From IMG/VR virus record IMGVR_UViG_3300013233_000256, positions 1-45,988 of that record: DNA of 45,988 nt. One strand, given 5' to 3'. The position numbers and the translations under genes were made by a program. Source of the DNA: a virus. The notes under the pieces were generated by a model. The model was not told where the DNA came from, ran no database searches, and saw only the letters and a list, made by a program, of their open reading frames with translations. Below, piece after piece: positions 13,299 through 21,225 of the stretch. Within the stretch, counting starts at the first letter, position 1, and each line of letters begins with the position of its first letter.

Positions 13299-13461
13299 GT
13301 TGGTGACCTCCTTTTGCCGGTACTGTAGTCTCCTGTAATGACTTGGTCAAGCTTTGTGTTGCAAGTGCAGTACCTGTTCCTTTACAGTATGTGCATGGTC
13401 GTTGATACGGTGTATCAGGCTGATGCACACCGAGGCCGGCACAGTATGGGCACATGCTCAT
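13282..13461 (-). CDS. 59-aa DnaJ-type zinc-finger mini-protein
   Basis: Read manually (one residue under the ORF-track cutoff). It has two CxxCxGxG motifs (CPYCAGLG, CTYCKGTG). Its ATG overlaps the upstream stop (ATGA). Confidence 0.45.
   Translation of the reverse strand: MSMCPYCAGLGVHQPDTPYQRPCTYCKGTGTALATQSLTKSLQETTVPAKGGHQHDTDT
13322..13350 (-). promoter_or_regulatory. Sigma70-type promoter P3 (TTGACC-N17-TACAGT)
   Basis: The minus strand reads TTGACC AAGTCATTACAGGAGAC TACAGT. It is embedded in the 3' part of the zinc-finger ORF. Confidence 0.55.
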
Positions 13462-13688
13462 AGTTCCAACCTCCTGTTGACCTCATCCACACCATGCTGA
13501 TCAATCAGTCGGTTCAGTGCCGCGATAGTAGCCACTCTGGGTGTCAGCAGCTTGCAACCGCAGGGATGCTTTTCTGCTTTGTTTATCGGGCATACTTCTT
13601 GCCCGGTGTCGCAGTGAATCAGTGTGTCACCTTGCACGATGAACTTATGCAATGTGTCACCTATTCTGTATTTAATGATTTCGCTCAT
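13458..13688 (-). CDS. Hypothetical protein, 76 aa
   Basis: I chose the ATG at 13688 (GGAGGTG SD). The ORF-track start at 13748 lies inside promoter P4. Confidence 0.6.
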   Translation of the reverse strand: MSEIIKYRIGDTLHKFIVQGDTLIHCDTGQEVCPINKAEKHPCGCKLLTPRVATIAALNRLIDQHGVDEVNRRLEL

Positions 13689-13719
13689 ATTCACCTCCGT
13701 ATTTGTTGAGCCGTGACGA

Positions 13720-13748
13720 ACTGTAATGACTTGTAAGGATAGTGTCAA
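13720..13748 (-). promoter_or_regulatory. Sigma70-type promoter P4 (TTGACA-N17-TACAGT)
   Basis: The minus strand reads TTGACA CTATCCTTACAAGTCAT TACAGT. It lies 5 nt after the primase stop. Confidence 0.6.
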
Positions 13749-13752
13749 CGGG

Positions 13753-16164
13753 TTATCTCAACTGCCAGGCTCTGTCGTTTTTAGTCCTGACACACACTGC
13801 GCCTGTCTTACTCATGACACGACCTACTGTGATCTTGTTGACCTTATTCAAGTCAACACACACTTGTGAGTCACCAGCGAGCGCACACGCCTTCACTCCG
13901 GCAACGATTTCAGACGATGTCAGACTGTCCTTTGCGAACGCCCCTGCTCTTTTCGCAATGAGGTCTTCAATGGTGATCTGAAGCAGTGACTTCGATTGAT
14001 CAACCAGGTTGCGCACGAACCCTGTGATTGCCGGCGCTTGTCCGGGGTCGAACTCACTGAGGTCAACGTGGTTCAGCAGATAGTCGATACAGTGACCAGC
14101 GCCGCCGTTATTCATCCATGCCCAACAATCCCTCCAGTACCGTTTCCATTCCGGGAGCATTTCACCACCGACATCACGCACAACCAGTGGAGTATGCACT
14201 GCAAACAATCGACGACTCATTTCAGTCATTAGCAGCGGGTGGTCGCTATTTGTCGTCATGGTTACGTTGACAATGTTGCTGACCTCAAACTCCGGCAGCC
14301 CTTTCGGGTTCACAGTCAGCTTATCGGGCGGTGCTGCAAGCAATGGTTTAATCAGGTTACTGATCGTGCGTGCGTCCTTGTGGTCACCGACATCTGTCTC
14401 ATTGATGTTGAGATATTTAACAGTTAGCAGGTATGAGTTAAACTCACTGGCCAGCTTGTTACCCTGGATCGAGCGATACTGGTCACCCATGAACCGACGT
14501 AGTGGTTCGAGTATCCAATCCTTACCCACACCCTCCTTACCTGCGAACATGACGCCGTGGTTGATCTTCTGACCGGGGTGTCTCATTGTGAACGCCATCC
14601 ACTTCAGAATATGGTCCATGTGTTCTGACCAACCCAACGTGTTGAAATGACGCAACCAGGGTGTGCAGTCACCTTCGGAACCAGTCTCAAGGATTTGTGC
14701 CCATGTGTTACCATATTCTACGCCGCCGCGTGAGAAGATCGACGCTCTCTCAGGGGCGAACTCAAGCTTGTCCACCTTCTTAACGCCACCGTAATCAAGT
14801 GCATCATTCAGAACGTCGGGTGAGAATTCACAAAACGAATTACGGAACGCGTCGGTTTTGTAGAATGTGCGAGTGCGCGGCTCATAGAACCGGTTCAGCT
14901 CGCGAGAGAAGATGAACCCGCTGTAGAAATCGGACATGTCTCTTGGCTTTTGCTCCTGCATGCCCTTCAACACCTTGTTCAATGCCGCCTCAGTCCACCC
15001 CATGTGCGTGCGAATTTGTTTATATAACACGGCACGACTCACCGGTTCACAAAGCCTGGCGGCGGTTAAGCACTTCTTCGCGAGAGCAATTTGTTCAGGT
15101 GAATCAGGAATCGCCGCAAAAAATGCCGACATGCCTTGGTCCATCGGGTTGACACTCGACGCCTCGTGTGGGGTAGTTCTTGCCTCTGAACTCCTGTCGA
15201 CACCCGATTCACGGCAGGTGTCTTCGTTAAAACTCCTCAATATCTGCCAGTTCCTGAGCTCTTCAGCAAAGCCGGGTTGCTGCGAGTCAAGCTCTTCAAT
15301 CAGGTCACCAACGTTCAACGTCTCACAGTTACCATGATGGCACTTGAACCCGAGTGTGCCGTCCTCATTGGTGAAGATGGCCGTACCGTTGTCTTCTGCA
15401 TTGGTGTGATCTTCAACGAACGGGCATGTGATGTCATACCGGCCAGGTGACAGCTTGGCCTTTATGTTGACAAGCCCACTGGTCAGGATTGGGTGATCAG
15501 GGATGTCCAGTGCCCCGTCAACGCGCTCTGATGCACGAGCTGCAGTCAGGTCTATATCGAACGGTTCCGCGAGCTGTTCGAGTGTCACAGTACGCTCAGG
15601 ATGCCACTCGGTGAGTCTGCACTGCCACGGTTGCCCGTCGACCATCTTTTTCTTTTTAGTGTTGAATCCTTCAGGTAGCCGCACGAAGCGGGTGACGCCT
15701 TTCTGACCAGGGTCAGTACCACTGGGTGACAGCCCTTTAGATATTAAACCGTCGTGGAGGTTGTCGAACAGATATCTGTCGTAGCATGGTTCAATGAGAA
15801 TATATCCCCAGTGTTCAGAACCGGGGCTGGTTTCCATGACGTAAGAAGGTGGTGGTAACTTCTTGACTTCATCTATTGTAAGTTTCTCACGCACATCATC
15901 CAGCACAACCACACGAACACGAATGAATAATGCCTTCCTGCGTCGAGCCTTCCCGTTGGTGTCAGGGTTGAAAATACCAACTGTATAGTATTGGTTGGTA
16001 CCCTTAGAAAACCGATACCGGCTGAACCAATTACCAGACCATGATCGGAGGTTCTCATCTTTCGGTATGTCACCGGGGTCGTGTATAAAATCAGTAACAT
16101 AGACGAAAGGAGTGTCTTCTTTGAATATTGCTTGCAAGAACTCTTCATTGGTGATGTCGATCAT
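13753..16164 (-). CDS. Primase-helicase (VirE/prim-pol-like N-domain, zinc-binding segment, P-loop NTPase C-domain)
   Basis: A Zn motif is present (CPFVEDHTN...FKCHHGNC). Walker A is FAGKEGVGKD and a Walker-B-like LNINETD follows. Size and position match phage D5/P4-type primase-helicases. Confidence 0.88.
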   Translation of the reverse strand: MIDITNEEFLQAIFKEDTPFVYVTDFIHDPGDIPKDENLRSWSGNWFSRYRFSKGTNQYYTVGIFNPDTNGKARRRKALFIRVRVVVLDDVREKLTIDEVKKLPPPSYVMETSPGSEHWGYILIEPCYDRYLFDNLHDGLISKGLSPSGTDPGQKGVTRFVRLPEGFNTKKKKMVDGQPWQCRLTEWHPERTVTLEQLAEPFDIDLTAARASERVDGALDIPDHPILTSGLVNIKAKLSPGRYDITCPFVEDHTNAEDNGTAIFTNEDGTLGFKCHHGNCETLNVGDLIEELDSQQPGFAEELRNWQILRSFNEDTCRESGVDRSSEARTTPHEASSVNPMDQGMSAFFAAIPDSPEQIALAKKCLTAARLCEPVSRAVLYKQIRTHMGWTEAALNKVLKGMQEQKPRDMSDFYSGFIFSRELNRFYEPRTRTFYKTDAFRNSFCEFSPDVLNDALDYGGVKKVDKLEFAPERASIFSRGGVEYGNTWAQILETGSEGDCTPWLRHFNTLGWSEHMDHILKWMAFTMRHPGQKINHGVMFAGKEGVGKDWILEPLRRFMGDQYRSIQGNKLASEFNSYLLTVKYLNINETDVGDHKDARTISNLIKPLLAAPPDKLTVNPKGLPEFEVSNIVNVTMTTNSDHPLLMTEMSRRLFAVHTPLVVRDVGGEMLPEWKRYWRDCWAWMNNGGAGHCIDYLLNHVDLSEFDPGQAPAITGFVRNLVDQSKSLLQITIEDLIAKRAGAFAKDSLTSSEIVAGVKACALAGDSQVCVDLNKVNKITVGRVMSKTGAVCVRTKNDRAWQLR

Positions 16165-16694
16165 AACGGACGATCCTCACCATGGTTCGGGTGAAAACCC
16201 GCATCGATCTCAGCCTGTTTTCTGACAGACACAGCTTCTTCAAAAGAATGGAATGACCCTAAATACCCTCGATCTTTCCCCACCTTCAACGAAGCTACCC
16301 AGACTTTGTCTTTATTGCTCCAGTGAACTCCAGTCACCCCTGTGGTGTTGTCAACACGGCGGCGCATATTTCTGTTGTTATTAACAGGGTCAACTGTGCG
16401 CAAATTGCACCACCTGTTGTCAGTGCCGTTACCGTTGATGTGGTCAGTAAGATCATTGCTAAACACACCGTTAACATATAAAAACGCTAAACGATGTGCT
16501 CTATGCTTAATGTTATTGATGGTTATAATTATATAAGATTTTCCGTCGTTCTTTCTGATGGTTCCCGCCACAGTGCCAGCAGGTGCGTTGGGTTTATCTA
16601 CAATCCAAGTGAACAAACCTGTTTTCATATCGTAGTTAAGGACAGACTTCAACTCTGATTGAGTTATTGTTGCATTTTCAGATGTGTCGCGCAT
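16161..16694 (-). CDS. HNH homing endonuclease with AP2-type DNA-binding domain
   Basis: The HNH_3 pattern is HRLAFLYVNG....TDHINGNGTDNRWCNLR. The AP2-like segment is GVTGVHWSNKDKVWVASLKVGKDRGYLGSFHSFEEAVSVRK. Its stop overlaps the primase start (ATGA). Confidence 0.85.
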   Translation of the reverse strand: MRDTSENATITQSELKSVLNYDMKTGLFTWIVDKPNAPAGTVAGTIRKNDGKSYIIITINNIKHRAHRLAFLYVNGVFSNDLTDHINGNGTDNRWCNLRTVDPVNNNRNMRRRVDNTTGVTGVHWSNKDKVWVASLKVGKDRGYLGSFHSFEEAVSVRKQAEIDAGFHPNHGEDRPL

Positions 16695-16719
16695 AATTCG
16701 GAATCCTTTAGTCGGGTAG

Positions 16720-16749
16720 AAAGACCCTCTTTTATCAGAGGGTCTTTTT
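16720..16749. other. 11-bp perfect stem-loop in the 5' leader of the HNH gene (reads as a plus-strand intrinsic terminator)
   Basis: aaagaccctct-tttatc-agagggtcttt is followed by tt on the plus strand. It starts about 5 nt after the predicted P5 start site. Confidence 0.5.
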
Positions 16750-16758
16750 CATTCACGA

Positions 16759-16786
16759 ACTGTAGTACATAGATAAAGCGTGTCAA
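16759..16786 (-). promoter_or_regulatory. Sigma70-type promoter P5 (TTGACA-N16-TACAGT)
   Basis: The minus strand reads TTGACA CGCTTTATCTATGTAC TACAGT. Its spacer is not conserved with the other family members. Confidence 0.55.
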
Positions 16787-16788
16787 TA

Positions 16789-16818
16789 CAAAAAGCCCAC
16801 CTTGTTACAGGTGGGCTT
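16789..16818 (-). terminator. Rho-independent terminator of the upstream early operon
   Basis: The minus strand reads AAGCCCACC-UGUAACAA-GGUGGGCUU followed by UUUG. It is immediately followed by the P5 -35 box. Confidence 0.65.
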
Positions 16819-16839
16819 CTGATCCACGTGCGGGACGTG

Positions 16840-16980
16840 TTAAAGTGTGCTGGCCAGGTCACACAGGTTGTAATAGTCGCGGTCGCTCAGGCATCGACAC
16901 TGACTGGCGCAGAGAATCACGTTCAGCCTCTGCTGTGGGGTGTTGCAGCCGATCAGGGCTGAGAAGTAGAACCGGGTCAT
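16840..16980 (-). CDS. 46-aa Cys-rich peptide
   Basis: Read manually. Its ATG overlaps the upstream stop (ATGA). It contains 6 Cys and ends just before the terminator. Confidence 0.35.
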   Translation of the reverse strand: MTRFYFSALIGCNTPQQRLNVILCASQCRCLSDRDYYNLCDLASTL

Positions 16981-17246
16981 GGCTTCCTAACCTCATTCCA
17001 TGTTGAGCCTAGCTGATAAACTGCTATGTCGTTACGGGTAAAATAATAACCATTGAAACCCGTTCTGATGCGTAGGTGTTCAGAGATAATTGATCCAGCG
17101 CAACCGCTTTCGCCTTTCCATGCAGCCGTATTGTGGTCGCTATGACCTATCTCATGCGGGACATTGTTTTTTACACGATAAACTGTGACGCGAACATTAT
17201 ACCCGCGTTTAGGTGAGTCTGATGTTTCATAAATAAATGTTTTCAT
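16977..17246 (-). CDS. Hypothetical protein, 89 aa
   Basis: The ORF has an AAGGAGG SD. Confidence 0.65.
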   Translation of the reverse strand: MKTFIYETSDSPKRGYNVRVTVYRVKNNVPHEIGHSDHNTAAWKGESGCAGSIISEHLRIRTGFNGYYFTRNDIAVYQLGSTWNEVRKP

Positions 17247-17282
17247 CTTATCCTCCTTTTATTCTAGCGTAGGTTAGCGAAG

Positions 17283-17304
17283 GGAAACCAGCAGCCTGAT
17301 TTCC
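17283..17304 (-). other. Intercistronic 9-bp stem-loop
   Basis: The minus strand reads GGAAAUCAG-GCUG-CUGGUUUCC with no U-tract. It may be a processing or stability element. Confidence 0.4.
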
Positions 17305-17320
17305 TATCGTTAATCTATGC

Positions 17321-17593
17321 TCAATTCAGGTTAGCGAGCTTATATATACCCGATTCGATTTTTGAACGTGTCTCTGCAATGTTTTCGCCAAGAAACTGGT
17401 TGCGGTACTTGCCGGTAGTACGTGAATAATCCCAGTAGTATTCATCCAAGGTAATAACCTTCTGGCCGGCTTTGTAATCGATAACGGCAATCACTGAGTC
17501 ATAGCTTTGGAATACCCTTTTATTGCCGTCAGTGATAACAAATTGATTAGCGATAGTGTTACCGCGTGCTGATTTCATGTTCTGTACTTTCAT
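17321..17593 (-). CDS. Hypothetical protein, 90 aa
   Basis: I chose the ATG at 17593 (AGGAGG SD). The ORF-track start at 17662 lies upstream of promoter P6. Confidence 0.65.
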   Translation of the reverse strand: MKVQNMKSARGNTIANQFVITDGNKRVFQSYDSVIAVIDYKAGQKVITLDEYYWDYSRTTGKYRNQFLGENIAETRSKIESGIYKLANLN

Positions 17594-17629
17594 AATGGTG
17601 TGCCTCCTGTTTGTGATGTTACGAGGCGA

Positions 17630-17658
17630 ACTGTAATGACTTGTAATACAGATGTCAA
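17630..17658 (-). promoter_or_regulatory. Sigma70-type promoter P6 (TTGACA-N17-TACAGT)
   Basis: The minus strand reads TTGACA TCTGTATTACAAGTCAT TACAGT. It lies 5 nt after the stop of the first early gene. Confidence 0.6.
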
Positions 17659-17662
17659 GCAC

Positions 17663-18208
17663 TTATTTCATTCGCAACATTAAACCTGCTCGAATGCGTT
17701 CGTCGGTCTGCGCCATTGCTGCTGCGAATATGAGTTTATTCGCGTATTGTCGACATGCTTCATGCGCTTCTTCTTCAGTGTCGAACAGGCCGAGCGGCTT
17801 ACGATGCCCCATGTGATCAATGACGGACTGAAACTGGTGTTCATATTGATACACGGTGCACTTTGACGAATCTATGTCTCTAACGGTTCTGATCGTTTGA
17901 GGGTGAGCAAAGCAACATGCGTCAGGCTCGAATACCGCGTTCCCTGGTTTGATGAGGGTGTTGTCTAGCACTTTACCGTGCCAGTCTTGCCGGGTCATCC
18001 ACCGCCTGAAATTGGAGAACCTGCGCCACTCTTCGCAGACTACACCACGTTTAAGCATGGCGACCCATCGGCGGTAGTATGGGCAAGTGGCTGGTTTGCC
18101 GTTTACCTTCGTGGTAGTCAAATACCACGCATCATTGATGCCGATGCCGCACACAGGCTCTCGGCGTGATTTATATTCTTCGCTTATTTCTTTAAGTGGG
18201 AAGCCCAT
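17663..18208 (-). CDS. First early gene: AP2-domain DNA-binding protein, 181 aa
   Basis: The N-terminal pattern GIGINDAWY...NGK..CPYYRRWVAMLKR and the C-terminal YEHQFQSVIDHMGHRKPLGLFDTEEEAHEACRQ look AP2-like. No HNH motif is present. Confidence 0.65.
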   Translation of the reverse strand: MGFPLKEISEEYKSRREPVCGIGINDAWYLTTTKVNGKPATCPYYRRWVAMLKRGVVCEEWRRFSNFRRWMTRQDWHGKVLDNTLIKPGNAVFEPDACCFAHPQTIRTVRDIDSSKCTVYQYEHQFQSVIDHMGHRKPLGLFDTEEEAHEACRQYANKLIFAAAMAQTDERIRAGLMLRMK

Positions 18209-18319
18209 TAGAAACTCCTAGCATGACTTATCTAAGCAGGAACGGGGTGGCCGCTAAACCACCCCTCATCTGCTAGGACTGAGGTGAATCTGACGATTGA
18301 GTGCACAAAGTCAAGTGCA

Positions 18320-18458
18320 TTTAATACTACCAATCAGAATAAGGGCGTCAGGTGCATCTGTCACCCATCTGTCACCGGCTGATTTTAATACTACTAATTG
18401 ATTTGGTACTATTACAGCATGACGCATAAATACTACTAAACAGAATGGTAGTATTAAA
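18320..18458. repeat. TAATACTAC repeat family, including a 13-bp inverted pair
   Basis: Forward copies lie at 18322-18330, 18386-18394 and 18428-18436 (1 mismatch). Reverse copies lie at 18406-18414 (1 mismatch) and 18448-18456. A sixth, forward copy (1 mismatch) lies outside the span at 18648-18656. tttaatactacca at 18320 is inverted at about 18446-18458. Confidence 0.7.
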
Positions 18459-18689
18459 AGGTGACGGATGGTGACGGATGGTGACAGATTTGAAAAAATC
18501 ATCTGTCATCAATTTTTCCTTTATTTCTATATACTTATATTCTTTATGACAGATAAACCCTATAAATAATAAAAAGTAATAGAATATTATTTGAATAAGA
18601 AATGTAGTAAAGGGGGGGTACATTTAGTAGGTTTTACGTTCAAAAAATAATAGTACAAGGTTTCCCGGTTTTCGGAGGGTATCTGTCAC
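18356..18689. repeat. ATCTGTCAC repeat family, 8 copies (iteron or operator candidates)
   Basis: Forward copies: 18356-18364, 18367-18375, 18501-18509 (1 mismatch), 18681-18689. Reverse copies: 18461-18469 and 18471-18479 (1 mismatch each), 18481-18489, 18547-18555 (1 mismatch). The tandem copies are spaced 10-11 bp apart. Confidence 0.75.
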
Positions 18690-18711
18690 CGGTGTCGCTA
18701 GAAATGTGCGC

Positions 18712-18740
18712 TTGACACTCGGTGATGATTGGTGGATGGT
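18712..18740 (+). promoter_or_regulatory. Candidate late-operon promoter (TTGACA-N17-GATGGT)
   Basis: The -35 is perfect and the -10 is weak. The predicted start site falls at or 1 nt before the terS ATG (18748). Confidence 0.4.
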
Positions 18741-18747
18741 GTGGCGC

Positions 18748-19158
18748 ATGAAGACAGGTAGAAAGCCATTATACACTGATCCAGCGATAGTTGCTGAACT
18801 GATCGACAGATACTTCGATTCACTGAAGGGTGGGCAGGATGCACCTGATAAACCACCAACCATGGCCGGCCTTGCGTTAGCGTTGAAGATGCATCGTGAT
18901 ACCCTGCATGACTACAGCAGGAAGCCTCTCTTTTCCGACACCATAAAGCAGGCGCGGTTGAGAATTGAGGCATATTGGGAGTCAAACCTGGCCACGTCAG
19001 GGTGCACCGGTTCGATATTCTGGCTCAAAAATAACGCACAGTATCGTGATAAAATTGAGACAGATGTTACGTCGTCCGACGGTAGCATGAGTCCGAAAAA
19101 ATCTATTGATCCGGCATTGAGTCAGGCCATCATTGACGCACTCGATAAAACAATCTGA
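18748..19158 (+). CDS. terS: Terminase small subunit
   Basis: MKTGRKPLYTDPAIVAELIDRYFD...PPTMAGLALALKMHRDTLHDY...GSIFWLKN is the HTH-type small-terminase pattern (GRP..Y ... GLA..LG.srdTl ... iF.LKN). Alternative upstream starts exist at 18706 and 18736. Confidence 0.75.
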   Translation: MKTGRKPLYTDPAIVAELIDRYFDSLKGGQDAPDKPPTMAGLALALKMHRDTLHDYSRKPLFSDTIKQARLRIEAYWESNLATSGCTGSIFWLKNNAQYRDKIETDVTSSDGSMSPKKSIDPALSQAIIDALDKTI

Positions 19159-21202
19159 CATTACGCAGAGTGCCATTGATGAAGCATTGAAGCCAAAGCT
19201 GTTGGCCGATTTCAAGTTCTTCATTCGATATTTCTTCAAAACCACTACCGGTAAAAAGTTCATCCTTACTTCACACCATGACAGAATCATTGAAGCACTG
19301 ATTCGTGTTGTAAGCGGTCAGTGCCCTCGACTTGTGATAAACATTCCCCCCCGTTATGGAAAGACATTGGTAGCAGTTCACATGTTTTTCGCGTGGATCA
19401 TGGCCAACAATGCAGCAGCGAAGAATATTCACATTTCCTACTCAGACGACCTGGCGCTCGATAACAGTGCAGCTGTACGTGATATTGTAAAGTGTGAAGA
19501 CTTTCAGCGATTGTTTCCGTGCAAGTTGCGCACCGACTCAGACTCGAAAAAGAAATGGTACACTGACAAAGGTGGCGGCCTTTATGCAGTTGCTTCAGGT
19601 GGTGCAATTACCGGGTTCGGCGCTGGTGCATTGGAAAGAGTGTACAGCGGGTCCATGTCACCGGCTGACGGCTTCCAGGGCTTGATCGTGATAGATGACC
19701 CATTGAAACCTGATGACGCGTTCAGTGAGACGGTAATGACCCGGATCAACAATCGATTCAACAACACCATCGCGTCACGAACTAACTCACCAGAAACACC
19801 TATCGTGGTCATCATGCAGCGGTTACATGAAGACGACATGGCCGGTTTTCTTTTGGCCGGCGGGTCAGGCGATCAGTGGGAACACTTGTGCTTGCCTGCA
19901 ATCAATGAAGACGGCATCGCGTTATGGCCAGAGAAGCTTGACCTGGACAGACTGGAACAGATGCGTAAGGCAGACCCTTATACTTTTGCAGGTCAGTACA
20001 TGCAAAGCCCATCACCCATCGGTGGCGGTCAGTTTAAGGACAGCTGGTGGGTGTATTACAACGAAACGCCGAACATTCTCTACCATAAGATTTATGCCGA
20101 TACAGCCCTTAAAACGAAAGAAGAAAACGATTACACAGTGTTTCAGGACTGGGGTCGAACCAAGACAGGAGTTGCATTGCTTGACCAGATCAGGGGGAAG
20201 TGGGAGTCACCGGAGCTGTTGACACAAGCCAGGGCGTTTTGGAAGCGGCGCAGCATAGCCCCCGGCATTGGCGCACTCAGATCAATGGACATCGAGGATA
20301 AAGCATCGGGAACTGGCCTAATCCAACAGCTTAAAAATGAGATACCTGTTGTGGCTATACAACGCAACACTGACAAGATCATGCGAGCTGCCGACGCCGC
20401 ACCGTGGATCGAATCAGGTTGTGTCATGATACCGGAAGGGAAAGAATGGATCGACGACTACTTGCATGAGTTCAAGGCGTTCCCCAAAGGCAAGCATGAC
20501 GACCAGATTGACCCAACAATGGACGCAATTGCAGACATGCTGCAGGGTAGTGACATGTTATTCCTGGATTCTGACATAGTGAGAGAGTCGGTTGCAGCCG
20601 GTTCAGGGCAGTATATGGGCAATGATGCACTGATCTGCGGTGTTTACATTGCCAAGTCTGCCGATGAATCAAGCTTTATTCAGTTCAGACGTGGCAAGGA
20701 TGCTACGTCTGAGACTGTATACAAGATCGGATGGGAGAAGAGCAGCAACCCCGAGACAGTTTTACGCCTGATCGCTCAGAAGATTGACGAACACCGACCG
20801 GATGTGACGTTCGTCAGTGAGCCGGGCATTGCCGGAACAATCACCGACCGACTGGTGTATCTGGGGTACAATGTGATGAACGTGCAGCTTCAGGGTAAGC
20901 CGGACGAAGAGCTGAAGTATTCCGACCGATTAGCTGAAGCACACCAGAAGCTGAGACTGTGGGTCATTGGCCATGGTTCAGTGACTCAGTCAGCACAACT
21001 CGAACAGGAGCTATGTGGTATTGTGTATCATCACGATAAGAACGATAAACTGGTCATCGATTCGACTTCACCATGGGTATCAGCACTGGCACTGACGTTC
21101 GCTTACCCGGTGCCACCCAGGTTCACTGCTCGAGGAGAGCTTGACAAGTCGGTTGCAATGAGGCAGAAAGAGGCAGATTATAATCCGCTGGACTGCATGT
21201 AG
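19133..21202 (+). CDS. terL: Terminase large subunit
   Basis: Walker A is PPRYGKT and Walker B is LIVIDDPLKPDD. Nuclease-domain acidic motifs are present (IYADTALK, MDIEDKASG, HDDQIDP). The 5' end is uncertain because there is no in-frame ATG in the first 84 codons. Confidence 0.88.
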   Translation: MTHSIKQSDITQSAIDEALKPKLLADFKFFIRYFFKTTTGKKFILTSHHDRIIEALIRVVSGQCPRLVINIPPRYGKTLVAVHMFFAWIMANNAAAKNIHISYSDDLALDNSAAVRDIVKCEDFQRLFPCKLRTDSDSKKKWYTDKGGGLYAVASGGAITGFGAGALERVYSGSMSPADGFQGLIVIDDPLKPDDAFSETVMTRINNRFNNTIASRTNSPETPIVVIMQRLHEDDMAGFLLAGGSGDQWEHLCLPAINEDGIALWPEKLDLDRLEQMRKADPYTFAGQYMQSPSPIGGGQFKDSWWVYYNETPNILYHKIYADTALKTKEENDYTVFQDWGRTKTGVALLDQIRGKWESPELLTQARAFWKRRSIAPGIGALRSMDIEDKASGTGLIQQLKNEIPVVAIQRNTDKIMRAADAAPWIESGCVMIPEGKEWIDDYLHEFKAFPKGKHDDQIDPTMDAIADMLQGSDMLFLDSDIVRESVAAGSGQYMGNDALICGVYIAKSADESSFIQFRRGKDATSETVYKIGWEKSSNPETVLRLIAQKIDEHRPDVTFVSEPGIAGTITDRLVYLGYNVMNVQLQGKPDEELKYSDRLAEAHQKLRLWVIGHGSVTQSAQLEQELCGIVYHHDKNDKLVIDSTSPWVSALALTFAYPVPPRFTARGELDKSVAMRQKEADYNPLDCM

Positions 21203-21225
21203 CACAGCTGTTACGTTACGCCGTC

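Noticed and set aside
18209-18747. Small ORFs in the control region (18311-18502, 18372-18623, 18624-18863 minus strand)
   Set aside because: Their products are low-complexity translations of AT-rich repeat DNA, with no SD sequences. The region is better explained as regulatory or origin DNA.
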